Assembly (NCBI GenBank): GCA_019510465.1
Contig: JAEKKH010000145.1
Coordinates: 3,963-67,962, forward strand
Direction: 5' to 3'
Length of the DNA stretch: 64,000 nt
From: Burkholderiales bacterium
GTDB lineage: Bacteria; Pseudomonadota; Gammaproteobacteria; Burkholderiales; Burkholderiaceae_C
Position 1 is the first letter of the stretch. Each line of letters starts with the position of its first letter. Positions 47,675 to 56,011 of the stretch are shown piece by piece. The translations under genes and the position numbers were made by a program. The notes beneath the pieces are model-generated. The model did no database searches. It saw only the letters and a program-made list of their open reading frames with translations, and was not told the origin of the DNA.

Positions 47675-48571
47675 TCAGGGGAGGAGCCGCCCCTTCGCGG
47701 GCATCGCCGCGCGCGACAGCAGCTTCGGGTCGCCGCGCCGCAGCTCGCGCGGCGAGCAGCGCAGCTCGCGCAGGAACGCGCGATTGAAGTTCGACAGGTC
47801 GGCCCAGCCCGAGGCATAGGCGATCTCCGTGATCGGCAGCCGGGTGTCGCGCAGCAGCGCGATCGCCCTTTGCAGCCGCACGCGCATCAGGTACTGGTGG
47901 GGCGTGATGCCGATCGCCTGGCGGAATACGCGCAGCAGGTGGAACGGGCTCAGGTCGGCCGCGCGCGCGAGGTCGTCGAGCGACAGTTCCTGCGTGCCGT
48001 GGGCGTCCATGTGCAGCATGGCGGCGCGGGCGCGCTCGTCGTCGCGCGCCAGCGGCGCGGTGGGCGCGGTGTCGTGCAGCGCGCCGTGCACCGCGGCGAC
48101 CGTCGCGAAGGCCGCCTCCTCGAGCGCGAAGCCCTCGCCGGCGCCGCTGCCCAGGGCCTGCAGCAGCGCGGTCACGCGCGGCACCGGTGGCAGGCCGGCG
48201 CGGTCGAAGCGCAGGCGCGCACCCGACGAGCCGAGCGCCGACAGCATCCCGTCGAGCATCGCCTCGGACAACGACAGCGCGACGCAGTCGTCGCCGGTGC
48301 CGTCCCCGTCCTCGTGCGAGCAGGTGTAGCCGTCACCGTGGTTGCCCAGCATCAGCCAGCCGGCGCCGAGGCGGGCGCGGCCCGCGCGGGTGCGGTAGGT
48401 GAAGGCGCCGCGCTCGACCAGGGTCACCGAGAACGCCGAGTGCGCCTCCTCGACTGCCGGGTCGTCCACGCCCGCGCAGCAGCGGCAGTGCCGCAGCGCG
48501 AGCCCGCTGGCGCGCCGGACGTCGCGGTACTCGCGCTCCGCGGCGGGGATTTCGGGCGTGGCGCTGGGCAT
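47675..48571 (-). CDS. AraC family regulator
   Basis: LSPFHLLRVF...GITPHQYL...ITEIAYASGWADLSNFNRAF. Confidence 0.92.
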   Translation of the reverse strand: MPSATPEIPAAEREYRDVRRASGLALRHCRCCAGVDDPAVEEAHSAFSVTLVERGAFTYRTRAGRARLGAGWLMLGNHGDGYTCSHEDGDGTGDDCVALSLSEAMLDGMLSALGSSGARLRFDRAGLPPVPRVTALLQALGSGAGEGFALEEAAFATVAAVHGALHDTAPTAPLARDDERARAAMLHMDAHGTQELSLDDLARAADLSPFHLLRVFRQAIGITPHQYLMRVRLQRAIALLRDTRLPITEIAYASGWADLSNFNRAFLRELRCSPRELRRGDPKLLSRAAMPAKGRLLP

Positions 48572-48688
48572 GCATCGACTCTAGCAAAGACGGTCACCGC
48601 AGTTTTTGCAAAGTATCGGCCGGCGGCCCCGCCTATCGTGGCGCCTCGACACCTCGACCGGTGTCACCCGCAACGACAGGACGACCTC

Positions 48689-49918
48689 ATGAACAAGCTC
48701 ACCGCGGCGCGCCCCTTCGGCGCCGGCCTCGCCCTCGCCGCCGCCCTCCTCGGCCCACCGGCCCTCGCGTCGGATCATCTCGACACCCCCACCGTGCTGG
48801 CCGACCCCGCGGCCGACATCGGCGACCTGTACGCCTGGACGTCCGCCGACGGCCGGCGCCTGAACCTGGCGCTGGACATCGTCGGCCGGCGCTTCTCCGA
48901 CCAGGTGCAGTACGTGATGCTGGTCGACAGCGGCGCGTCGTTCGGCCACACGACGGCCAGCCTGCGCATCGCCTGCCAGTTCGAGGTCGACGGCGCGGCC
49001 ACCTGCTGGGCGGGCACGCAGGACCGCCTGCACGGCGACGTCGCGGCGCCACGCGGCCTGGACAGCCGCAAGCACCGCTTCCGCGTCTTCGCGGGCCCGC
49101 GCGACGACCCGTACTTCAACAACGTGCGCGGCACGCGAGCCGCGCTCGACCAGGCCGCCGCCGCCCTGCGCAGCGGCGCCGCGACGCGCGACGCCAGCGG
49201 CTTCGCGCATTTCGACGAGGCCACGCTCAAGGCCATGCACGCGGCCTGGCACCAGACCAACGGCGGCCCGGCGGCCAACTTCCTGGCCGGCTGGAAGACG
49301 TCGGCGATCGTCGTGTCGATCGACCTGCCGCTGGTCGCCGCGGGCGGCCCGGTGCTCGCGGTCTGGGCGCGCACCGAACGGCGCCAGCCGGCAGGCGGGC
49401 ACGGTGCGCTGCCGCCGCCGGCCGGCGCACCGATCGACCGCGTCGGCCGGCCGTTGACGGCCAACGCGCTGCTCGCGACGGTGGGCGAGTCCGACATCGC
49501 CGACGCCTTGAAGGAAGGCTACAACCGCGCCGATCCCGAGGGCTGGCAGGCCTTCGCGACCGAGATCGGCCGCAACCTCGCGCTGTACGACGGCTTGGAC
49601 GGCGTCGCCGGCAACCAGTGGCTGGCCCAGGCCGGGAACGACGCGCCCGCGCGCTACCAACGCCTGGCCGCGCTGCTCGCCGACGACCGCCTCTGGATCG
49701 ACAGCCGCCGCACCACCTGCGTCGACTACCTCGCCGTCGAGCGCGCCGCGTTCGGCGCTCCCAACGCCGATTGCGGCGGACGCTCGCCGAACGTGGACGT
49801 CAACGGCGTCTTCCGCTCGCTGCTGATCCGCGGCACGACGGACACCTCGGACGACGGCGTCGACCACGACGACCGCGTCCATTCCAGCACCGACTTTCCT
49901 TTCCTGGCGGCCCCATGA
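48689..49918 (+). CDS. DUF4331 family secreted protein
   Basis: Signal peptide then SDHLDTP, ADIGDLYAW, VFAGPRDDPYF, IDRVGRP, GGRS, FPFLAAP. Confidence 0.85.
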   Translation: MNKLTAARPFGAGLALAAALLGPPALASDHLDTPTVLADPAADIGDLYAWTSADGRRLNLALDIVGRRFSDQVQYVMLVDSGASFGHTTASLRIACQFEVDGAATCWAGTQDRLHGDVAAPRGLDSRKHRFRVFAGPRDDPYFNNVRGTRAALDQAAAALRSGAATRDASGFAHFDEATLKAMHAAWHQTNGGPAANFLAGWKTSAIVVSIDLPLVAAGGPVLAVWARTERRQPAGGHGALPPPAGAPIDRVGRPLTANALLATVGESDIADALKEGYNRADPEGWQAFATEIGRNLALYDGLDGVAGNQWLAQAGNDAPARYQRLAALLADDRLWIDSRRTTCVDYLAVERAAFGAPNADCGGRSPNVDVNGVFRSLLIRGTTDTSDDGVDHDDRVHSSTDFPFLAAP

Positions 49919-51033
49919 CTCGCACTCCCACTCGCTTTCGCCTGCGTCGCACCGCCTGCCTGGGCGCCCTGCTCTGGGCCTGCGCGACGATCGCCGCGGC
50001 CGATGCCCGCACCGATGCCCGCACCGACGGCGCCATCGCGCTCGCCAACCTCGACGGCCTCATCGAGCAGGCGGCCGGCGAGCCCGGCGCGGTCGACCTG
50101 CTGCTCCTGCGCGGACAGTTCCTCGCCGACCACGACGTGCTCGATCGCGTGGCCGCGCTCACCGAACCGGACGACCGCGGTCCTGCCTCGCTGCTGCGGC
50201 GCGCCCATGCCCGCGCGGCGGCCCACCGGTTCTACGAGGCCGGCCTGGACCTCGACGCCGCGCAGCGCGCGGGCGCGTCGCCGGACGCGGTCGCTGCGCA
50301 GCGCGCGTCCCTGCAGATCGCGCTGGGCCACGCGCAGGACACGCTGCCCGCACTGCGCGCGCAGGCCGCGCGCCGCCCCGGCTTCGGCTCGCACTGCGCG
50401 CTGGCGCTGGCGGAGGCCGCTGTCGGCCATGTCGAGGCGGCCGACGCGCTCTACGACGCGGCGCTGCGCGAACTCGACACCACGTCGCCCTTCCCGGCGG
50501 CAGCCGTCTGGTTCGCGCGCGGCCTGATGTGGTCGGAACAGGCCGGCGACCCAGGGCGCGGTGCCGCGATGTATGCCGAGGCCTTGCGCCAGGTGCCGTC
50601 GTACGTGCCCGCGAACCTGCACCTGGCCGAGCTGGAGGCCCGGCGCGGCGACAATGCCGACGCGGTCGCGCACCTCGAACGCGTCGTCGCGATCTCGCGC
50701 GATCCGGAGAGCCTCGCGCTGCTGGGGTCGCTGCACCGTCGCGCCGGCGACGCCGCGCTCGGCGCACGTGAAATCGACCAGGCGCGCGCCCGCTTCGAGG
50801 AGCTGCTGCAGCGGCATCCCCTGGCCTTCGCCGACCACGCCGCCGAGTTCTACCTGGACGCCGGAGCCGACCCCGAACGCGCGCTGTACTGGGCGCGCAT
50901 CAACCTGCTGGCCCGCGAGACGCGGCGCGCCTACACGCTGGCGATCCGCGCCGCGCAGGCCGCGGGCCGGATCGAGGAGGCACGCGACCTGGAGGCGCGC
51001 CGCGACGCCGGGTTCGACGCGCGGGCGGCGTAG
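49915..51033 (+). CDS. Exported tetratricopeptide-repeat protein
   Basis: Signal-like N-terminus; Ala/Leu-rich helical TPR-like repeats; ATGA overlap with the DUF4331 gene. Confidence 0.75.
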   Translation: MTRTPTRFRLRRTACLGALLWACATIAAADARTDARTDGAIALANLDGLIEQAAGEPGAVDLLLLRGQFLADHDVLDRVAALTEPDDRGPASLLRRAHARAAAHRFYEAGLDLDAAQRAGASPDAVAAQRASLQIALGHAQDTLPALRAQAARRPGFGSHCALALAEAAVGHVEAADALYDAALRELDTTSPFPAAAVWFARGLMWSEQAGDPGRGAAMYAEALRQVPSYVPANLHLAELEARRGDNADAVAHLERVVAISRDPESLALLGSLHRRAGDAALGAREIDQARARFEELLQRHPLAFADHAAEFYLDAGADPERALYWARINLLARETRRAYTLAIRAAQAAGRIEEARDLEARRDAGFDARAA

Positions 51034-51083
51034 CCGGCCGCCGGGCTCGCCCCGCTCGCGCACGGCGTCGGGCCCGAAACGAC

Positions 51084-51107
51084 CGCGGGAGGCCGAAGCC
51101 TCCCGCG
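51084..51107 (-). terminator. Hairpin terminator of the ABC importer operon
   Basis: CGCGGGAGGC-TTCG-GCCTCCCGCG on the minus strand (cUUCGg loop). Confidence 0.6.
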
Positions 51108-51149
51108 TGCGTGGGCGCCAGGCGCCCGCGTGGGCGCGCGCGAGGCGGT

Positions 51150-52310
51150 CTACTTCGCGCCCGGCACCGGCGCGTCGACGCCCGCCACGAAGAACTTGAT
51201 GCCGCCGAGGAAGGCGTCGTCGGCGACCTGGCCGTCCTTGAGCACTTCCTTGCCGGTGTTGTCCTTGATCGGGCCCTTCCAGATCGAGAACGAGCCGTCC
51301 TTGAGGCCGGCCTTGACCTTGTCGACCCGGGCCTTGAGGTCGGCGGGCACCTTGTCGGAGATCGACACCAGGTCGATGGCGCCTTCCTTGACGCCCCACC
51401 AGCTCTTGCCCGTCTTCCAGGTGCCGTCGATCGCGTCCTTGGCGGCCTGGATGTAGTACGGGGTCCAGTTGATGGCCGCCGATGCGAGGTGCGCCTTCGG
51501 GCCGTAGTGCGTCATGTCCGAATCCCAGCCGAACGCGTACTTGCCGTTCTTCTCGGCGGTCTGCAGCACGGCGCTGGAGTCGGTGTTCTGCAGCAGCACG
51601 TCGGCGCCGCCGTCGATCAGCGACTGCGCGCCTTCCGTCTCCTTGGGCGGGTTGAACCACTCGTTGACCCACACGACGCGCACCTTGACCTTCGGATTCA
51701 CGCTCTGCGCGCCGAGGGTGTAGCTGTCGATGTTGCGGATCACCTCGGGGATGGGGATCGAGCCGACGACGCCGATGACGTTGCTCTTGGTCATGCCGCC
51801 CGCGACCACGCCCGCCATGTAGGCACCTTCGTAGGTGCGGCTGTCGTAGGTGCGCAGGTTGTCCAGCGTCTTGTAGCCGGTGGCGTGCTCGAAGCGCACG
51901 GCCTTGTTGTCGGCCGCCACCTTGAGCATGGGCTCCATGTAGCCGAAGCTGGTGCCGAAGACGAGCGTGTTGCCCTGGGCGACGAGGTCGCGGAACACGC
52001 GCTCGGCATCGGCCGATTCGGGCACGCTCTCGACGTAGGTCGTCTTGACCTTGTCGCCGAGTTCCTTCTCGAGCGCCTTGCGGGCGTTGTCGTGCGCGTA
52101 GCTCCAGCCGCCGTCGCCGACCGGGCCGACGTAGACGAACGCGACCTTGAGCGCGCCCGAGGCGGCCGTCGCCGGTGCCGCGGCCTGGGCGGCCGAGGCG
52201 GCCTGCGGCGCGGCCTCCTCCTTCTTGCTGCAGGCGGCGAGCGCAGCCGCGATCGCGATGCTGCCGAGCACCGTGCCACGAAGCACGCCGCGGCGGGTGG
52301 AAGTCGTCAT
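51150..52310 (-). CDS. BMP family ABC substrate-binding lipoprotein (purine/nucleoside)
   Basis: LAAC lipobox; FVYVGPVGDGGW, TSFGYM, HATGY, WFNP. Confidence 0.9.
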   Translation of the reverse strand: MTTSTRRGVLRGTVLGSIAIAAALAACSKKEEAAPQAASAAQAAAPATAASGALKVAFVYVGPVGDGGWSYAHDNARKALEKELGDKVKTTYVESVPESADAERVFRDLVAQGNTLVFGTSFGYMEPMLKVAADNKAVRFEHATGYKTLDNLRTYDSRTYEGAYMAGVVAGGMTKSNVIGVVGSIPIPEVIRNIDSYTLGAQSVNPKVKVRVVWVNEWFNPPKETEGAQSLIDGGADVLLQNTDSSAVLQTAEKNGKYAFGWDSDMTHYGPKAHLASAAINWTPYYIQAAKDAIDGTWKTGKSWWGVKEGAIDLVSISDKVPADLKARVDKVKAGLKDGSFSIWKGPIKDNTGKEVLKDGQVADDAFLGGIKFFVAGVDAPVPGAK

Positions 52311-52342
52311 GGATCTCTCCTCTTGGATTTGCGTTTGGGCGT

Positions 52343-53263
52343 TCAGCCGCCGGGGAAGAAAGGCTTGCCGAGCGAAGCGGGCATGTTGGCACGTATCCAT
52401 GCCGGATTGCGCGAGATCAGCACCAGCACGCCGATGGTGGCGAGGTAGGGCAGCATCGTCAGCAACTGGCTGGAGATGGCCACGCCCTGGCCCTGCAGGT
52501 GGAACTGCAGCATCGTGACGCCGCCGAACAGCCAGGCCCCCAGCAGCACGCGCGACGGCCGCCACGTGGCGAAGGTCGTCAGCGCCAGCGCGATCCAGCC
52601 CTTGCCGGCGACCATGCCCTCGACCCACAGCGGCGTGTAGATCACCGACAGGTAGGCACCGGCCACGCCGCACAGCGCGCCGCCGCCCACCACGGCCAGC
52701 AGCCGGATGCGGCGCACCGGGTAGCCCAGCGCGTGGGCCGACTCGGGCGACTCGCCGACCGCGCGCAGCACCAGGCCCGCGCGCGAGCGGTACAGGAACC
52801 AGGCGATGGCCGCCGTCAGCGCGATGGCCAGGTACACCATGGGATGCTGCCGGAACAGCGCCGGGCCGACGAACGGGATGTCGGACAGCCCGGGGACGGC
52901 GTAGTGCGGACGCGGGCCCAGGCGCTCCTGCGTGTAGTGGATGCCGACGAACGCCGAGAAGCCGCTGCCGAACAGGCTCAGCGCCAGGCCCGTGGCGTAC
53001 TGGTTCGTGTTGAGCCAGATCACCAGCACGCCGAACGCGGCGGCCATCATGGCGCCCGCGAGCGCGCCGGCGCCGAACGCGAGCCAGTCGTTGCCCGTCT
53101 GCACCGCGGTCGCGAAGCCGGCAATGGCGGCCACGAGCATCATGCCCTCGGCGCCGAGGTTGACGACGCCCGCGCGCTCGTTGATCAGCAGCCCCAGCCC
53201 CGCGATGGCCAGGATGGTGCCGGCGTTGAGCGTGGCGGCCAGCAGGAGTGCATAGGTGTCCAT
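52343..53263 (-). CDS. Nucleoside-type ABC permease
   Basis: ERAGVVNLGAEG, RAVGESP, GKGWIALA, MLPY. Confidence 0.9.
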   Translation of the reverse strand: MDTYALLLAATLNAGTILAIAGLGLLINERAGVVNLGAEGMMLVAAIAGFATAVQTGNDWLAFGAGALAGAMMAAAFGVLVIWLNTNQYATGLALSLFGSGFSAFVGIHYTQERLGPRPHYAVPGLSDIPFVGPALFRQHPMVYLAIALTAAIAWFLYRSRAGLVLRAVGESPESAHALGYPVRRIRLLAVVGGGALCGVAGAYLSVIYTPLWVEGMVAGKGWIALALTTFATWRPSRVLLGAWLFGGVTMLQFHLQGQGVAISSQLLTMLPYLATIGVLVLISRNPAWIRANMPASLGKPFFPGG

Positions 53264-54363
53264 CACGCGGCCGGCCCCTTGGCGGCGGTCGCCGGATGCG
53301 CGGGATGCGCGGGACGCCAGCGCACGCGGTAGTGGATCAGCGTGTCGCTGGCCAGCAGCGAGAACAGCAGCAGGCCCTGGAACACCCCGGTGAGCGACTT
53401 GGGCAGCCCCAGGCGCGACTGCGCGAGCTCGCCGCCGATGTAGAACAGGCTCATCAGCAGCGACGAGAAGAGGATGCCCACCGGATGCAGGCGGCCGACG
53501 AAGGCGACGATGATGGCCGCGAAGCCGTAGCCCGCCGGCACGTAGGGCGTGAGCTGGCCGACAGGGCCCGCCACCTCGAGCGCACCGGCCAGGCCCGACA
53601 TGCCGCCCGAGACCAGCAGCGCCGTCCAGAGCGCGCGCCGCGACGAGAACCCGGCGTAGCGCGCTGCCGCCGCGGCCAGGCCGCCGACCTGCATCCGGAA
53701 GCCGCCGAACGCGCGGAACAGGTACAGCCAGAACGCACCCACCGACAGCAGCGCCAAGACGAAGCCGATGTTCACCCGCAGGCCCGTGAACAGGCGCGGG
53801 ATCTTCGTGGCGTCGAGGAAGGTGATGGTCTGCGGGAAGTTGTAGCCCTCCGGGTCCTTCCAGGTGCCGTAGACCAGGTAGTTCAGCAACTGCACCGCGA
53901 CATAGACCAGCATCAGGCTGACGAGGATCTCGTTCGCGTTGGCCCGCTCCCGCAGGAAGGCGACGATGGCGGCCCACGCCATGCCGCCCGCGACGCCCGC
54001 CAGCAGGATGGACACGACGATCCAGTGGCCGGTGTCGGGCGTCGCACGCAGTGCCACCCCCGTGGCCGCGATCGCCCCCAGCACGAACTGGCCCTCGGCG
54101 CCGATGTTCCAGACGTTGGCGCGGTAGCAGACGGCCAGCCCGAGGCCGATCAGCATCAGCGGCGTCGCCTTCACGCACAGCTCGGAGACGGCGTACGCGC
54201 CGCGGAACGGCTCGACGAAGAACATCCCGAGGCCGCGCGCCGGATCCTTGCCCAGCAGCGCGAACAGCGCGACGCCGATGACCACCGTGGCCGCCAGCGC
54301 CAGCAGCGGCGACAGGAGCGACATCAGCCGGCTCGGCGCCGGACGCGGTTCAAGCCGCAGCAT
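53263..54363 (-). CDS. Nucleoside-type ABC permease
   Basis: NIGAEGQ, NEILVSLML, GYGFAAIIVA. Confidence 0.9.
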   Translation of the reverse strand: MLRLEPRPAPSRLMSLLSPLLALAATVVIGVALFALLGKDPARGLGMFFVEPFRGAYAVSELCVKATPLMLIGLGLAVCYRANVWNIGAEGQFVLGAIAATGVALRATPDTGHWIVVSILLAGVAGGMAWAAIVAFLRERANANEILVSLMLVYVAVQLLNYLVYGTWKDPEGYNFPQTITFLDATKIPRLFTGLRVNIGFVLALLSVGAFWLYLFRAFGGFRMQVGGLAAAAARYAGFSSRRALWTALLVSGGMSGLAGALEVAGPVGQLTPYVPAGYGFAAIIVAFVGRLHPVGILFSSLLMSLFYIGGELAQSRLGLPKSLTGVFQGLLLFSLLASDTLIHYRVRWRPAHPAHPATAAKGPAA

Positions 54364-55885
54364 GCGCCGCCTCCGCGCCCGCGTTCGCGGCCTCGTCGTT
54401 CCACAGCCCGCTCATCCAGCGGCCGACCTGCTCGCGGGTGGCCTGCGGCGCCGGCACCGAGGGCGAGACGCGGCCGCGCGCGATGACGACCAGGCGGTCG
54501 GAGATCTCGAACAGCTCGTCGAGATCCTCGCTGACCACCAGCACGGCGCATCCGGCGTCGCGCAGCGCGATCAGCGCGGCGCGGATCTGCGCCGCCGCGC
54601 CCACGTCCACGCCCCAGGTGGGCTGCGACACGATCAGCAGCTTCGGGCCGGCGTCGATCTCGCGGCCGACGATGAACTTCTGCAGGTTGCCGCCCGACAG
54701 GCTGCGCGCCGCGGCGTGCGGGCCAGCGGCCTTGACGTTGTAGCGCTCGATGAGCCGCTGCGCGAGCGCGACGGCCTGGCCGACGCGGATCCAGCCCGAG
54801 TGCGCCACCGCCTCGGTGCGCGTCAGCAGGGTGTTCTGCGCGAGCGACAGCGCCGGCACCGCGCCGCGCCCCAGCCGCTCCTCGGGCACGAAGTGCAGGC
54901 CCTGCGCCCGGCGCCTGCGCGGCGAATGGCCGCCGATGGGCCGGCCGAACAGGTGGATGGCATCGGGCGGCGCGCGGCCGTCCTCGCCGGACAGCGCCGC
55001 CATCAGCTCCTGCTGCCCGTTGCCCGACACGCCCGCGATGCCCAGGACTTCGCCGCGGCGCACCTCGAACGCGACGTCGGCCAGGTCCGCGCCGAACGCG
55101 CCGGTGCGCGCCAGCGTGAGCCCGCGCACGGCCAGCACCTGCTCGCCGGGGCTGGCCGGGCGATGTTCGAGCTGCGGCGGCTCGGCGCCGATCATCAGGC
55201 GCGACAGGCCGGCGTTGCTTTCGTGGCGTGGGTCCACCTCGCCCGTGACGCGGCCGCCTCGCATCACGGTGCACTTGTGGCACAGCGCGCGGATCTCGTC
55301 GAGCTTGTGGCTGATGTACAGGATGCTGCAGCCCTCGGCCGCGAGCTTGCGCAGCGTGACGAACAGCGCCTGCACGGCCTGCGGCGTGAGCACCGACGTG
55401 GGCTCGTCCAGGATCAGCAGGCGCGGCTTCGTGAGCAGCGCGCGCACGATCTCGACGCGCTGGCGCTCGCCCACCGACAGCGTGTGCACCGGGCGCAGCG
55501 GGTCGACCTCCAGGCCGTACTCGTGCGCCACCTCGGTGATGCGCTTCGTCACGTCGGCCAGCGACCAGGCCTTGTCCAGCCCCAGCCAGACGTTCTCGGC
55601 CGCGGTCAGGGTGTCGAACAGGCTGAAGTGCTGGAACACCATCGCGATGCCGAGCGCGCGCGCTTCCTGCGGGTTGCGGATCTCGACCGGCCGGCCGTCC
55701 CAGCGCATCTCGCCCTCGTCGGGCCGCGCCGCGCCGTAGATGATCTTCATCAGCGTGGACTTGCCCGCGCCGTTCTCGCCCAGCACGGCGTGGATCTCGC
55801 CCGCCTCGACGCGCAGGCGGACGCGGTCGTTGGCCTTGACGGCGGGGTACTGCTTGCTGATGTCGATGAGTTCGAGGCGAAGCAT
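54350..55885 (-). CDS. Sugar/nucleoside ABC ATPase with two NBDs
   Basis: GENGAGKST, LSVGERQR, DEPT; LSGGNLQK. Confidence 0.93.
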   Translation of the reverse strand: MLRLELIDISKQYPAVKANDRVRLRVEAGEIHAVLGENGAGKSTLMKIIYGAARPDEGEMRWDGRPVEIRNPQEARALGIAMVFQHFSLFDTLTAAENVWLGLDKAWSLADVTKRITEVAHEYGLEVDPLRPVHTLSVGERQRVEIVRALLTKPRLLILDEPTSVLTPQAVQALFVTLRKLAAEGCSILYISHKLDEIRALCHKCTVMRGGRVTGEVDPRHESNAGLSRLMIGAEPPQLEHRPASPGEQVLAVRGLTLARTGAFGADLADVAFEVRRGEVLGIAGVSGNGQQELMAALSGEDGRAPPDAIHLFGRPIGGHSPRRRRAQGLHFVPEERLGRGAVPALSLAQNTLLTRTEAVAHSGWIRVGQAVALAQRLIERYNVKAAGPHAAARSLSGGNLQKFIVGREIDAGPKLLIVSQPTWGVDVGAAAQIRAALIALRDAGCAVLVVSEDLDELFEISDRLVVIARGRVSPSVPAPQATREQVGRWMSGLWNDEAANAGAEAAHAAA

Positions 55886-55977
55886 CGTGCGGGTCGGGTT
55901 CACGGCGTCCGAAAGGGAGGCCGCGGCGGTCGATCTGGTGCGTCGTCGCGGCTGATCATCCAGGCGGACAGTTTCGC

Positions 55978-55995
55978 ATGCAAGACGCGCGCCAG
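55978..55995 (-). promoter_or_regulatory. Sigma54 (-24/-12) promoter
   Basis: CTGGCGCGCGTCTTGCAT on the minus strand: GG-N10-GC spacing, about 90 nt upstream of the ABC operon. Confidence 0.7.
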
Positions 55996-56011
55996 GACGC
56001 GGTGCAGGTGT

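Noticed and set aside
50000-50027. 12-bp tandem repeat CCGATGCCCGCA in the TPR gene
   Set aside because: In-frame two-copy duplication after the signal peptide; no sign of phase variation.
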